From contig CAXXWC010000021.1 in assembly GCA_963668645.2 (NCBI GenBank), positions 608,001 to 672,000 of the forward strand: a DNA stretch of 64,000 bases, read 5' to 3'. The notes under the pieces were generated by a model that searched no databases, was not told the origin of the DNA, and was given only the letters and a program-made list of their open reading frames with translations. Source of the stretch: Desulfobacterales bacterium (GTDB taxonomy: Bacteria; Desulfobacterota; Desulfobacteria; Desulfobacterales; UBA2174). The stretch's first letter is position 1; each line of letters starts with the position of its first letter. Position numbers and translations under genes: made by a program. Positions 39,796 through 53,200 of this stretch are shown one piece after another.

Positions 39796-41202
39796 CTACT
39801 GAGCTTTGATCTCAAGGGCGTCCAGCAGTGTTCCCGTGGCGGCCAGGACCCGGTAATGGGCGAAAAGACCGGTAAATTCGCCGTTGATCAGGGCGGCCCG
39901 GGCCTGGAACAGCTCGTTCTGGGCATTGAGCAGGTCCAGCAGGCTGCGGCGGCCCAGTTCGAACTGGTCCCGGTAGGCGGAAAGCACCTGTTCACCGTAA
40001 ACCACGTTGTTTTTCAGGATCGGCAGGCGGGCTTTGGCCGCGACCAGTGCGTTGAAGGCCAGGTCGGTCAGCTTTTCCACCCGGTTGCGGGTCTCATCGA
40101 GCCGGTGTTCGGCCTCCTGCAAGGTTTCCAGGGCTTGCCTTGTTTCCGCGCTGCGTTTTCCGCCCTGGTAGATGTCGTAGCGCAGCACCAGCATGCCCGA
40201 GACATCCTTGGAACGGGCTTCGAGACCGTCCAAATTCCGGTTGTTCGATCCATTGACCTCGAAAGACACACGGGGGTAGTAGGCGGCCCGGACGGCCTCG
40301 TGTTCCGCCTGGTGCTGGGCCACGAGGGCTGCGGCCTGTTTGACCGCCGGGCTGTTGGCCAAAGCCACGGACACGGCCTTTTCCCGGTCCGGCGGCATGC
40401 TGGCCAGCGGCGGGACCGGCATTTGAAGGCCATGGGGCCGATCGCCGACCACTTCCCGGTAGCGGGTAACGCTGTCCCTGATGGCACTTTCGATATCCAC
40501 CAGGGTGCTCTCGGCCGTGGCCACGCGGGCCTCGGTCTGCCGGACATCCGCGATGGTCCCGCCTCCCTTGGCCGCCCGGAACTTCACTTTGGCCAGGATT
40601 TCCCGATGGTCCTCAAGGTTTTTGCGAACCAGGCCGCCCAGTTGGCGATACCGCAGGATATCCAGATAGGCCTCGGCAGCGGTCACTCCGATCGTGTTGC
40701 CCGTGTCCAGCACCTCATGAACGGCGGCCTCGGCCCGCTTCTCGGAGGCGGTGGTCAGATTGCGGGTCTCGAACCCGTCAAAAAGCATCTGGCTCAGGCT
40801 GATGCTCGATTCATTGCGCCAGAGGGTGTCGCTGCCGCTGTCGTCGACACCCGCCACCCGGCTGCGTGTCGCTTCGTTGTCGCTGTATTCCGAGCCCGTA
40901 CCCAGACGAAGGCCGATCGACGGCCAGAAGCCGGCGCGGGCCCTACGGACCCCCGCGTCGGCCGCGCGTTTGGCCGCCTTGACCGCCAGCATCGAAGGGT
41001 GGGTGGCAACGGCCGCTTTTACGGCCTCGCAAAGGGAGGTGGGGCCCAAACCGGCACCGGCCGCCGCCAGGGAATCGGAGTTTACCACGGTTTCAGCAAC
41101 GGCCGTACCGATCAGGGTGAACAGAAGGAATGCGCAGATTGCCAGTATCAAAAATCGTCTCTGTCCGTTTTCCATTGTCGCTTCCGTATGTTGTGTGTTC
41201 AT
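39796..41202 (-). CDS. T1SS outer-membrane TolC-family protein (LapE-like)
   Basis: Signal peptide; QMLFDG, Y..QF.LGRRSLLDLLNAQNE. Confidence 0.93.
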   Translation of the reverse strand: MNTQHTEATMENGQRRFLILAICAFLLFTLIGTAVAETVVNSDSLAAAGAGLGPTSLCEAVKAAVATHPSMLAVKAAKRAADAGVRRARAGFWPSIGLRLGTGSEYSDNEATRSRVAGVDDSGSDTLWRNESSISLSQMLFDGFETRNLTTASEKRAEAAVHEVLDTGNTIGVTAAEAYLDILRYRQLGGLVRKNLEDHREILAKVKFRAAKGGGTIADVRQTEARVATAESTLVDIESAIRDSVTRYREVVGDRPHGLQMPVPPLASMPPDREKAVSVALANSPAVKQAAALVAQHQAEHEAVRAAYYPRVSFEVNGSNNRNLDGLEARSKDVSGMLVLRYDIYQGGKRSAETRQALETLQEAEHRLDETRNRVEKLTDLAFNALVAAKARLPILKNNVVYGEQVLSAYRDQFELGRRSLLDLLNAQNELFQARAALINGEFTGLFAHYRVLAATGTLLDALEIKAQ

Positions 41203-41216
41203 CGATCGGGGTTTTG

Positions 41217-44200
41217 TCAGAGAATGGTCTGGATCGTCACGCTCAGATCCAGGCCGATCATCAGGGTGGCCCCCTCGCAGGTATAGCTGTGATAGCCTGT
41301 GGCGGAGTCGATGCCCCCATCGCTCCAGGTGCCGTCGGCAACGCTCACCGAATCACCGCTGTCGCCGTCCACGAACAGTTCATTGCCGTCGTCGGTCACG
41401 TCGAGCACATCCCCCAGGCCCAATGTCAGGTGGTTGTCCCCGGTGCCGGTCATATCGATCTTTTCGATGTCTTCGACCTGGTTGCCGGCCATCTGGGTCA
41501 GATCCAGGTCGTTGTCGATTCCAAGGGTGTCCTCGCCGCCGCCGCCGTCGATGCGGAAAAAGCCGGCATCCTCCACCAGGATGGAGTCGTCGCCCGCCCC
41601 GCCGTAAAGCACGTCGGCTCCGCCGCCGGAGATGAGGGTGTCGTCTCCCTGGCCCCCGATCAGGATCTCGCCGGCTGCGGTGCCGGTGAGGGTGTCGTTT
41701 CCATCCGTACCCAACCGGTCCACGCTCGATGTATAATCTCCGCCGCAGACGATATAAGACGTTCCAGAACCGTCACCGCCATCGTCGGCCTGGTACGCAC
41801 CGACGAGCAGATCGGCGAATCCGTCCCCGTTCACGTCTCCGGCCGACGAAACCGACCACCCGGCATAATCGCTTGCCGCACTTCCGTAGAGTTTGAATCC
41901 CCCTGTTCCGCCGGCCACATCGGACAGGTCGATGGCCGATGAAGGTGCATCGGCGGATCCGTAGACCAGATAGGCGGCTCCGGTGTCGGTACCTCCGGCA
42001 TCATTCCTGTAAGCCCCGATGAGCAGATCGTCGTAACCGTCCCCGTTGACATCCCCGGCAGACGAGACCGAGTATCCGGCATAGTCGGAACCTGCCTCGC
42101 CGATGATCTTGAACCCGTATTCGTTGTTGTCGGCAGCCACGTCGTCCATGTTGATCGCAGTATCGTATCCGCCTTGCCTGCCGTAGATCACGTAAGCGGC
42201 CCCGGCGTAGGAACCACCGGCATCATTCCCGTAAGCCCCGATGAGCAGATCGTCATACCCGTCCCCGTTCGCGTCCCCGGCAGACGAGACCGAATACCCG
42301 GCATAGTCGGAAGATATCTCGCCGATGATCTTGAACCCGTATCCGTTGTTGCCGACAGCCACGTCGGCCAGGTTGATCGCGGCATCGTATCCCCCCTGCC
42401 TGCCGTAGATCACGTAAGCGGCCCCGGCGTTGGAACCACCGGCATCATTCTGATAAACGCCGACGATCAGATCGTCGTACCCGTCACCGTTCACGTCCCC
42501 GGCTAGGGACACGGAAATACCGGCGTAATCGGAATAGTTTTCGCCATAAATCTCGAACCCGCCGGTGCCGATATCGGAAAGATCCACATCCGAGGCCTCG
42601 TCCCCCGCACTGCCATAGATCACAAAGGCCGATCCGCTGTTGGTAGTCCCCGTATCGTGATAAGGGGCACCCACGATCAGATCGGCGTATCCATCGCCGT
42701 TGATGTCCCCGGCCGCGGAGACGCAACGGCCTGCGTAGTCGGAAACACCGGTTATGGTGAAACCGTTCACCGCAGGGTCGAGAGCACTCAGGTCCACGGC
42801 TCCCCCATCGGCATTGCCGTAAACCACATAGGCCGTTGCCACATTTGACCCCACGATCACGTCCCCGATGCCGTCGCCGTTTACATCCCCGGCCGCGGAC
42901 ACCGAATATCCCGCCTGATCGCCACTGGAATCCCCATACATCTTGAACCCACCGATACCCGAAGCCACCTCCCCGAGGTCGATGGGCCCCTCGGTTCCCC
43001 CGAAAATCACGTACGCGGCTCCGGCGTTGCTTCCACCATCATCGTCGTATGTGGCCCCCACAATCACATCGTCCAGCCCGTCGCCGTTGACATCCCCGGC
43101 CCAGGCAACTGAGTACCCGGCCCGATCGCTGCTGTCCTCCCCGATGATCTTCTGCCCCACCAGCCCGAGGTTTTCCGAAACAGGCGCATCGTTATCGTCG
43201 ATCACGGCCAGACCGCCACCCTCCGTGGAGACGCCGAGGATCGCTTGGCCGACTTCCAGAGAAAAGGTTTCCTCGACTTCGAACCCGCTGTCATCCACAA
43301 TGGGCACCTGAACCTGGACCGAAATCTGCCCGGCCTCGATGGTAATTCTGCCGAAAACCGCGGTATAATCCACCCCGGCCGTGGCCGTGCCGTCGGCGGT
43401 GGCGTAGTCCAGGGTCAGATCGAAATCCAGGGCCTGATCCAGACTGATGATGAACTGCGCGAAGGTTCCATTTTCAGCCACGAGGGGGTCTGAAACCGTA
43501 ATCACCGGGGCAGCGGACTGGCAGGCGATATCCGTATCCACCAGCACCAGGGCCGCACCGAAAGTGTACTGATTGAAGCTGCCGCTTTCGTCGACCACGG
43601 AAATCGGGTCTCCCCAGTCTCCCAGCATGACCAGGCGATCGCCATCATCTCCAAAAATCCGGATGGTGCCATCGATGTCGTTGATGTGTGCCACGGCTTG
43701 CGCGGCAAGAACCAGGGTATTTGCCCCGGTGCCGGTGAGATCGAACACCTCGATATTGTTAAGCTGGTTGTTCGATGCCGTCAGACTGAGCGTCGCCCCT
43801 GCACCGGTCAATGACAGAGTATCCTGGCCGGTGCCGCCGTCGATACGCCGGAATCCGCCGTCCGTGAGTTCGATCACGTCGTCGCCCGCCCCGCCGTAGA
43901 GCAGATCGGCACCACCGCCGGAGATCAGCGTGTCGTCTCCCTGGCCCCCGATCAGGCTCTCGTCGGCTGCGGTGCCGGTGAGGGTGTCGTTTTCATCCGT
44001 GCCCAACAGGTCCACGCTCAATGTAAAATTGCCGCCATAGACGATATAGGCCGTGCCGGAACTATTGCCGTTGTCATCATCCTGGGGGACCCCGACCAGC
44101 AGGTCATCAAACCCGTCGCCGTCGACATCCCCGGCCGACGAGACGGACCACCCGGCATAATCTCCGGAAGATTCCCCGACGAGCTTGAAGCCGCCTTTTC

Positions 44201-47200
44201 CTTTTGCCACGTCGGCCAGATCCACGGAAGACGCGTACCCTTGGCCAGAACCGTAGACCACATAGGCGGCGCCTGCGTCGGAACCGCCGGCATCATTCAG
44301 ATAAGCGCCGACAATTACATCGTCGTACCCGTCCCCGTTGACATCCCCGGCAGACGAGACCGAGTATCCGGCATAGTCATAATTTGCCTCGCCGATGATC
44401 TTGAATCCGTATTCATTGTTGTCGGCAGCCACATCAGCCAAATCGATCGCGGCATCGTATCCGCCTTGCCTGCCGTAGATCACATAGGCGGCCCCCATGT
44501 TGGAAGAACTGCTGCCACCGTTATCATTCTGATAAGCCCCGACAATCAGGTCGTCGTACCCGTCGCCGTTGATGTCGCCGGCAGACGAGACCGAGTACCC
44601 GGCATAGTCGGAAGATGTCTCGCCGATGATCTTGAACCCGTATCCGTTGTTGCCGGCAGCCACGTCGGCCAGGTTGATCGCAGCATCGTATCCACCCTGC
44701 CTGCCGTAAATCACATAGGCGGCTCCTGCGTTGGAGCCACCGGCATCATTCTGATAAGCCCCGACGATCAGATCGTCGTATCCGTCACCGTTCACGTCCC
44801 CGACCCCGGATACGGCATAGCCGGCGTAATCGGAATAGTTTTCGCCATAAATCTCGAACCCGTCAGTGCCGATATCGGAAAGATCCACATCCGAGGCCTC
44901 GTCCACCGGCTTGCCGTAGATGACAAAAACCGATCCGCTACTGGAAGATCCCGTATCGTGATAAGGGGCACCCACGATCAGATCGGCGTATCCATCGCCG
45001 TTGATGTCCCCGGCCGCAGAGACCGATCGTCCGGCCTGGTCTGCAGAGTAACCGGTTATCGTAAACCCGTCCGTTGCTGGATCCAGGGTGTCCAGGTCCA
45101 CCGCCCCCCCGTCAGCCCTGCCGTAGACCACATAGGCGACTCCGCAACTCGATCCGGCATCGTCATTGTAAGGCGCCCCCACGATCACGTCCCCGATGCC
45201 GTCGCCGTTCACATCCCCGGCCGCGGACACCGAGTAGCCGGCTTGATCACTATTGAGATCTCCGAACATCCAGAACCCGCCCGTACCCGCAACCACGTCA
45301 CTCAGGTCGATCGTTTCGTCGCTGCCGCTGAAAATAACATAGGCGGCGCCGGTATTGACCTGTGCGTCATCATCACCGTAAATGGCCCCCACGATCACAT
45401 CATCCAGCCCGTCCCCGTTCACATCCCCGGCCGCGGCAACCGAATATCCCGCCTGGTCCGAGCCTTCCACACCGACAAGCTTCTGCCCGATCTCTGCCAG
45501 GCTCTCAGCCGCCATGGCCTCCTGATCGGATATTTCGGTTTCCACCAGGACCTGAAAGCTGCCGATGGTGTACTGATCATAGGTTCCGCTATCGATGGTC
45601 ACGGTTGTCGATTCGCCCCAGTTTCCATAAAGGAGAATCCGGTCATCGGCATCGCCGGTGATCCTGAGGATCCCCCCATCCAGCTCCATGCTTGCCAGGG
45701 ATTCCGAGGAAAGACAGATCGTGTTCGCACCGGTGCCCGAGATATCGAAGGTCTCGACATGGGTGATCAGGAGCGCAGCGGTCAGGTCGAGCCGGTTTCC
45801 CGCGCCATTGAGCACAAGGGTATCCTCCCCGCTTCCCCCGTCCACGCGGAAAAACCCGACATCCTCCACCAGGATGGAATCATTGCCGGCCCCGCCGTAG
45901 AGCACGTCAGCCCCGCCGCCGGAGATGAGGGTATCGTCTCCCTGGCCCCCGATGAGTCTCTCGCCGGCCGCAGTACCGCTGAGGGTGTCGTTGCCCGCCG
46001 TTCCCTGCTGGTCCACGTCCTGGTTGTAGTCCCCGCCGTAGAAGATGTAGGCCGCACCGGCATCGGTGCCGCCCTCATCGTCATAGGGCACGCCGATGAT
46101 CAGGTCTGCAAACCCGTCGCCGTTCACATCTCCGGCAGCGGATACCGAGTAGCCGGCCTCACCGGAGGCGGTATCGCCAAAGAGCTTGAATCCACCGGTT
46201 CCAGCAGCGACGTCAGCCAGATTCACCGTTGCGTCGTAGCCCCCGCTATTGCCGTAGACCACATAAACGGCACCGGCATCGGTCCCCCCGTCATTGTCGT
46301 CCAGATATGCCCCCACCAGCAGGTCGTCATATCCATCGCCGTTGATGTCGCCGACCATGGAAACCGAAAATCCGGCATTGCCGGAACCCGACTCACCGAC
46401 GATCTTGAACCCGTATTCATTGTTGTCGGCAGCCACATCATCCAGGTTCACATTGGCATCGTAGCCGCCAGCCCTGCCGTAGATCACATAGACGGCGCCG
46501 GCCGATGAACCACCGGCATCGTTGCCGCTAGCCCCCACCAGAATATCCGCATATCCGTCGCCGTTGATGTCGCCGGCTCCAGAGACCGAATATCCGGCAT
46601 GGTCGGAACCGGTTTCTCCGATAATCTTGAAGCCGTAATCATATGAAGTGCTCGCCACATAAGACAGGCTCAGGCTGCTTAAGTTTTCGCTCGTGCCGTA
46701 AACCACATAGGCGGTACCGGAGCTATCACCGCCGTCGTCGTCATACGGCGCCCCGATGATAATATCGTCCAGGCCGTCTCCGTTCACATCTCCTGCGGCG
46801 GCAACCGTACAGCCGGCATAGTCGGAGCTGCTTTCACCAATAATCTTAAATCCCCTGTCACCGATAGAGGAAAGATCGAGATCTGCAATATCCGTTCCGG
46901 ACTGGCCGTAGATCAGATACACGGAACCTTCGTTGCTGGCTCCCACGATCAGGTCGACATACCCGTCGCCGTTGAAATCTCCGGCCGATGATACGGCATA
47001 CCCGGCATAATCAGAGGAGCTGTCTCCGATAATATGGAACCCATTGGCCCCGAGGTCGTTCAGATCCAGGGCCGTGTCATACCCGTCTTCCCTGCCGTAG
47101 ACCACATAGGCCGAACCGGAACTGGAACCGCCGTCATCATTATACGGCGCCCCCACGAGGAGATCATCGAGCCCGTCCCCGTTCACGTCCCCGGCCGAGG

Positions 47201-50200
47201 AAACCGAAGATCCCGCCTGATCGTAGTTGTAATCCCCATACATCTTGAACCCGCCGATACCCGAAGCCACCTCCCCGAGGTCGATGGGCCCGTCCGTGCC
47301 GCCGTAGACCACGTAGGCGGCTCCGGCGTTGCTTCCACCATCATCGTCGTATGTGGCCCCCACAATCACATCGTCCAGCCCGTCCCCGTTCACATCCCCG
47401 GCCGCGGCAACCGAGTACCCGGCCTGATCGCTGCCGTCCTCCCCGATGATCTTCTGCCCCACCAGTCCGAGATTTTCCGAGGTGGGCGAGTCGTTATCGC
47501 CGATGATGGCCAAGCCGGTATCTTCTGCGGAGACGCCGAGAACAGATGTGCCGATTTGCAAGGAAAAAGTCTCATTGCCTTCGAAGAGGTCGTCGTCCGC
47601 CACGGCCACCTCGATCAGGGCCGAGGTCTGCCCGGCCTCGAAGGTCAGGCTGCCCCAGACCGCTGTATAATCCTCTCCGGCCGTGGCCGTGCCGTCGGCG
47701 GTGGCGTAGTCCAGGGTCAGATCGAAATCCAGGGCCTCATTGAGGGTAATGGTGAACTGCACGAGGGTTCCATCTTCACTCACGAAAGGATCTGAAACCG
47801 TGAAAACCGGTTCGACTGCCCGGGAGGCGATCTCCGATTCCACCTGCACCACGGTGGTTCCGATGGTGTACTGATCGAAGGTGCCGCTTTCATCGGTTAC
47901 CGAGACCGGATCTCCCCACTCTCCCAGCAAGGTCACCTGGTCGTCGCCATCCCCGATGATCCGGATGGTTTGGCTCGAATCGTTGATGCGGACGATGGAT
48001 TGCGCGGCAATGACCAGGCTGTTGGCGCCGGTTCCGGAGATGTCGAAGGTTTCGATATTGTTGATCTGATTGTTGGATACCGTTAAAAAGAGGGCGGTTC
48101 CCCCGCTGCCAAAGGCAAGGGTGTCCTGGCCCGTGCCGCCGTCGATGCGCAAAAAGTCGCAGTCCGCGATTTCGATCCGGTCGTTTCCGGCCCCGCCGTA
48201 GAGCACGTCGGCCCCACCGCCGGAAATCAGCGTGTCGTCGCCTAGGCCGCCCACCAGGCTCTCGTCGGCTGCGGTGCCGGTGAGGGTGTCGTCTTCATCC
48301 GTGCCCAACCGGTTCACGCTTGCCGTGTAATTGCCGCCATAAACGATATAAGCCGTACCGGAACCGCTTCCGCCATCGTCGGCCTGGTACGCGCCGACGA
48401 GCAGATCGGCGAACCCGTCCCCGTTCACGTCTCCGGCCGATGAAACAGACCATCCGGCATAATCGCTTGCCGCATTTCCGTAGAGTTTGAATCCCCCGGT
48501 TCCGCCGGCCACATCGGACAGGTCGATGGCCGCCGATGAAGGTGCATCGGCGGATCCGTAGACCAGATAGGCGGCTCCGGTGTCGGTACCTCCGGCATCA
48601 TTCCTGTAAGCCCCGATGAGCAGGTCGTCGTAACCGTCCCCGTTGACATCCCCGGCAGACGAGACCGAGTATCCGGCATAGTCGGAACCTGCCTCGCCGA
48701 TGATCTTGAACCCGTATTCGTTGTTGCCGGCAGCCACGTCGTCCATGTTGATCGCAGTATCGTATCCGCCTTGCCTGCCGTAAATCACGTAAGCGGCCCC
48801 GGCGTAGGAACCACCGGCATCATTCCCGTAAGCCCCGACAATCAGGTCGTCGTACCCGTCACCGTTGATGTCCCCGGCAGACGAGACCGAGTATCCGGCA
48901 TAGTCGTAACTTACTTCGCCGATGATCTTGAACCCGTATCCGTTGTTGCCGGCAGCCACGTCGTCCAGGTTGATCGCGGCATCGTATCCCCCCTGCCTGC
49001 CGTAGATCACGTAAGCGGCCCCGGCGTAGGTACCCCCGGCATCATTCTGATAAGCGCCGACGATCAGATCGTCGTACCCGTCACCGTTCACGTCCCCGGC
49101 CGAAGACACGGACCAGCCGGCATAATCGGAGCTGTTTTCGCCATAAATCTCGAACCCGCCGGTGCCGATATCGGAAAGATCCACATCCGAGGCTTCGTCC
49201 CCCGCACTGCCATAAATCACAAAGGCCGACCCGCTGTTGGAAGTCCCCGTATCGTGGTATGGGGCCCCCACGATCAGATCGGCGTATCCATCGCCGTTGA
49301 TGTCCCCGGCCGCGGAGACGCAACGGCCTGCGTAGTCGGAAACACCGGTTATGGTGAAACCGTTCACCGCAGGGTCGAGAGCACTCAGGTCCACGGAACT
49401 CCCATCGGCATTGCCGTAAACCACATAGGCCGTTGCCGCATTTGACCCCACGATCATGTCCCCGATGCCGTCGCCGTTTACATCCCCGGCCGCGGACACC
49501 GAATATCCCGCCTGATCGCCACTGGAATCCCCATACATCTTGAACCCACCGATACCCGAAGCCACCTCCCCGAGGTCGATGGGCCCCTCGGTTCCCCCGA
49601 AAATCACGTACGCGGCTCCCGTATTCAGATCCGCATCATCGTCACCCGCAATGGCCCCCACCAGGATGTCGTCCAGCCCGTCGCCGTTCACGTCTCCGAT
49701 ACTCGAAACAGAGTATCCTGCCTGATCGGACGCCTCCTCGCCGATGATTTTCTGCCCGACAAAGCCGAGATCTTCGCTCACAGGCGCATCGTTATCCACG
49801 ATTCGTGCCGTGGCGTCGCCGATGTCGATATACGAGGCCCCGCTCAGCACGACCGAAAAGGATTCTCCCTGCTCGAAAGCCGCATCTTCGGAAATAACCA
49901 CCTGGAAGGTCTTGCTCGTCTCTCCGGGAGCAAAGACCAGCGACCCGGCGGCTGCGACATAGTCCTCTGCGGCAGTGGCGGTTCCATCCATGGTGCCATA
50001 GCCCAGGGTAAGGGTGAACGCCAGGGCCTGGGCCAGGGTGACCGTGAATTCGGCGATTCCGCCCTCCGTGACCGTAGCGTTGGAGACCGTCACCACCGGT
50101 GTGACTGTCTGCACGCAAATCCCTGTCTCGACCAGAACCTGCATCTCACCGTATGTATAGCTTGAATAGGTGACCTCGCCCTCGACGACCGGGTCTTGCG

Positions 50201-53200
50201 ACAGGTCCCATTGGCCCAGAAGGATGACCGTGTCATCGTCATCGCCGGAGACATACAGCGGGATGTTGGCATCGTTCATGGCGCCGGCGCTGCCCGGCGA
50301 CACGACCAGGGTGTGGTTGCCCGGTGCCGACAGATCGATCTTTTCGATGCGCTGGATATTCGTCCCGGCCGCGTTCAGGTCCAGGGTCATGGCCGCGCCG
50401 GTCAGGGCGAGGGTGTCCTGCCCGGTGCCGCCGTCGATACGCTGGAAATCATCGTCCGGTATCTCGATGCGGTCATCCCCGGCCCCGCCGTAAAGCACGT
50501 CGGCCCCTCCGCCCGAGACCAGGATGTCATCCCCGCAGTTGCCGATGAGCTGTTCGGCTTCTAAAGTCCCGGTTAGGGTTTCGCCGGCAACGTCCGAGGC
50601 GTGAGCCGTAACCGTGCCCAAAAAATCCCCCCCGTACAACAGGTCGCTGCCGATGAGCACGTCGTTGAAGCCGTCCCCGTCCACATCCCCGACGCCCACG
50701 GGTTCGCAATAGCTGTCGCCCCCGGTGAGCTGGATCCCGTATTCGCTCATGTGAGCCAGGTCGATGTCTTCCCAGCCGTCGGCCCGGCCAAAAATCAGAT
50801 AGGCATCCCCGCCTTCATCCGCTCCATTGGAGGCAAGCGAGGAGCTGATGATGAAGTCGTCATAGCCGTCGCCGTTCACGTCCCCCAACCCGGCAAGGTA
50901 TTCTCCGGCATGTTCGAAATCACTGGCCCCGGTCAGCTTGAATCCGCCATCTCGGAGATTTTCGAGATCCAGATCGGACCAGCCGCCGGATCGCCCGAAA
51001 ACCACGTAGGCGGCCCCGTCCTGGTACCAGGTATGGCTGGCACTCGTATAGGAGGCGTTGACCAGGAAGTCATCGATCCCGTCGCCGTTGATGTCCCCGA
51101 TGGCTTCGACCTGTTCGCCGGCCCGGGCGGAAGCGACCGTACCGGCAAGACAGATCATCCGGGAAGGGTCGTTGAAATCGGTGACATCGAAATCGGTCCA
51201 TGATTCCTGCGGCCCGCCGAAAATCAGGTAAACGCCGCCGGCGTAGCTGTTCAGACTCGGCGCGCTGATGACAAAATCGTCGTACCCGTCCGCGTTTACA
51301 TCGCCCACGGCCGTCAGGTCGGAATCTTCCGCACGGCTGATCCCGGAAATGGTCACGGACTGATCGCCGAGTCCGTCCAGATCGCTGTTGGACCAGCCGT
51401 CCGAAGTGCCGAGAATCAGGACGACATCGGTGCCGTCGTTGATGAGGATATCGTCGATGCCGTCGCCGTTCACGTCCCCGGCCCCGGATATTACAGAACC
51501 GATATTGGCGCTCTGATCGCTGCCGGTGATGATGACATCCGATTCGGCCAGAGAGGTGCCGGTCCAGGTTTCCGTGCCGAAGTTGAGGTAGACCCGGCCC
51601 TCTTCGCTGTAGTCTACTGTAGGGTAAGTGCCCCGATAAGAGACGCCGGGCGTGACCGTAACGCTGTAGTTACAGGCCCCCACCAGGATATCGACCAAGC
51701 CGTCGCCGTTGACGTCCCCCAGGGCCGTAACCGAAGACCCGGCGTACTCCCCCTGGGAATTGTCACCGGTCACGGCCGTGACCTGGGAGTAGTCGTCAGG
51801 ATCATAGGTGCGATCGGCCCAGTTGCCTCCGGTCAGCCCGACCCCGAGGGCATCGTCGTCCAGGCTGGTCAGGTCTACGTCGCTTATGCCGCCGGACGAC
51901 CCGAAAATCACATAACTCTCACCGACGGATCGTGAAAACGATCTTGTCTCACCAGTGCTGATTGTCACGGACATGGTCGCGGATCCTGTGTCCGGATACC
52001 CGAAGATCAGATCGTCGAACCCGTCCCCGTTCACATCCCCGGCGGCAGCCACAGCGGTCCAGGAACCGGCCACGGCATCCTGCTCGATCCGGATACCTTC
52101 CGGTGCATTGTCCAGGTCGATGGTGGCACCCTGATACAGGATCTTCCAGCCTTCCACCGTCACCGTGATGTCGGCGTCAACCCAGACTTCGATCCCCTCC
52201 AGGGCATAACGCACATAGTCTCCATCCGTGCCGAGCACGGCCCAGGGGCCCTCCAGGGTAACGCTGTCCCGGTTGTCGCCGTCCACGTACAGCTTGGTCC
52301 CGTTGTACCCGTATAGCTGGCGCCCGAGCAGGGACATGACCTCGTCGTAGTTCGCCTCCAGGCAGTTGCCGGCATTGAAGGTCCCCACGCCCAGGTCGAT
52401 GCGCTCGAAGCCGATCATCCGGGTGCCCGCATAGCCGGAAAAATCAAGGGTCAGATCTCCGCCGTCCAGCCGCAGGGTGTCGCTGCCCGTGCCGCCGTCC
52501 ACCAGGATGAAATCCAGGTTGGAAACGCCGATGATGTCGTCGCCCGCCCCCCCGCTCAGGATGTCTTCCCCGCCCAGTCCCACCAGGGTGTCATCGCCCC
52601 CCTGACCGGCCAGTTTGTCAGACGCGTAGCTGCCCAGGACGATGTCCGCCGAGTCGGAACCCACGCCCACCACGGCCTCGCTGTAGTCTCCGCCCCTGAG
52701 CAGAAACGCCGAACCGCTCTGATAACCGTCCTGGTGATTGTATGGCGACCCCATGAGAATGTCCGTTATACCGTCACCGTCAAAATCACCGGCTGCGCAG
52801 ATCCCGGTTCCCAGTTTCTCGTTGGCGAATCCGCCGGTGATCTCGAGCCCGTCCTCCCCGATCTTGGCCACGTCGAAATCTTCCCATCCGTCCGCCTTGC
52901 CGTAGACCACGAACACTGCCCCGGCGTCGGTGTCGCTGTCGTCGTTGACGGGCATGGAGATCATGAAGTCGTCGTACCCGTCGCCGTCGATGTCTCCGAT
53001 ACCGGTCACCTGGTTCGCGCTTGATGTGCTCAGGGAAAGGGAATTGGTGATCTGGATGCCCTGATCTCCCAGGTCGGAAAGATTCATGTCGCTGATGTCG
53101 GCCGAGCCGAAGATCAGATATGCGTTCCAATAGGATGAACTCGATGAGCGCAGTTGGGAAACGATCAGGTCGTCATATCCGTCTCCATTCACGTCGCCCA

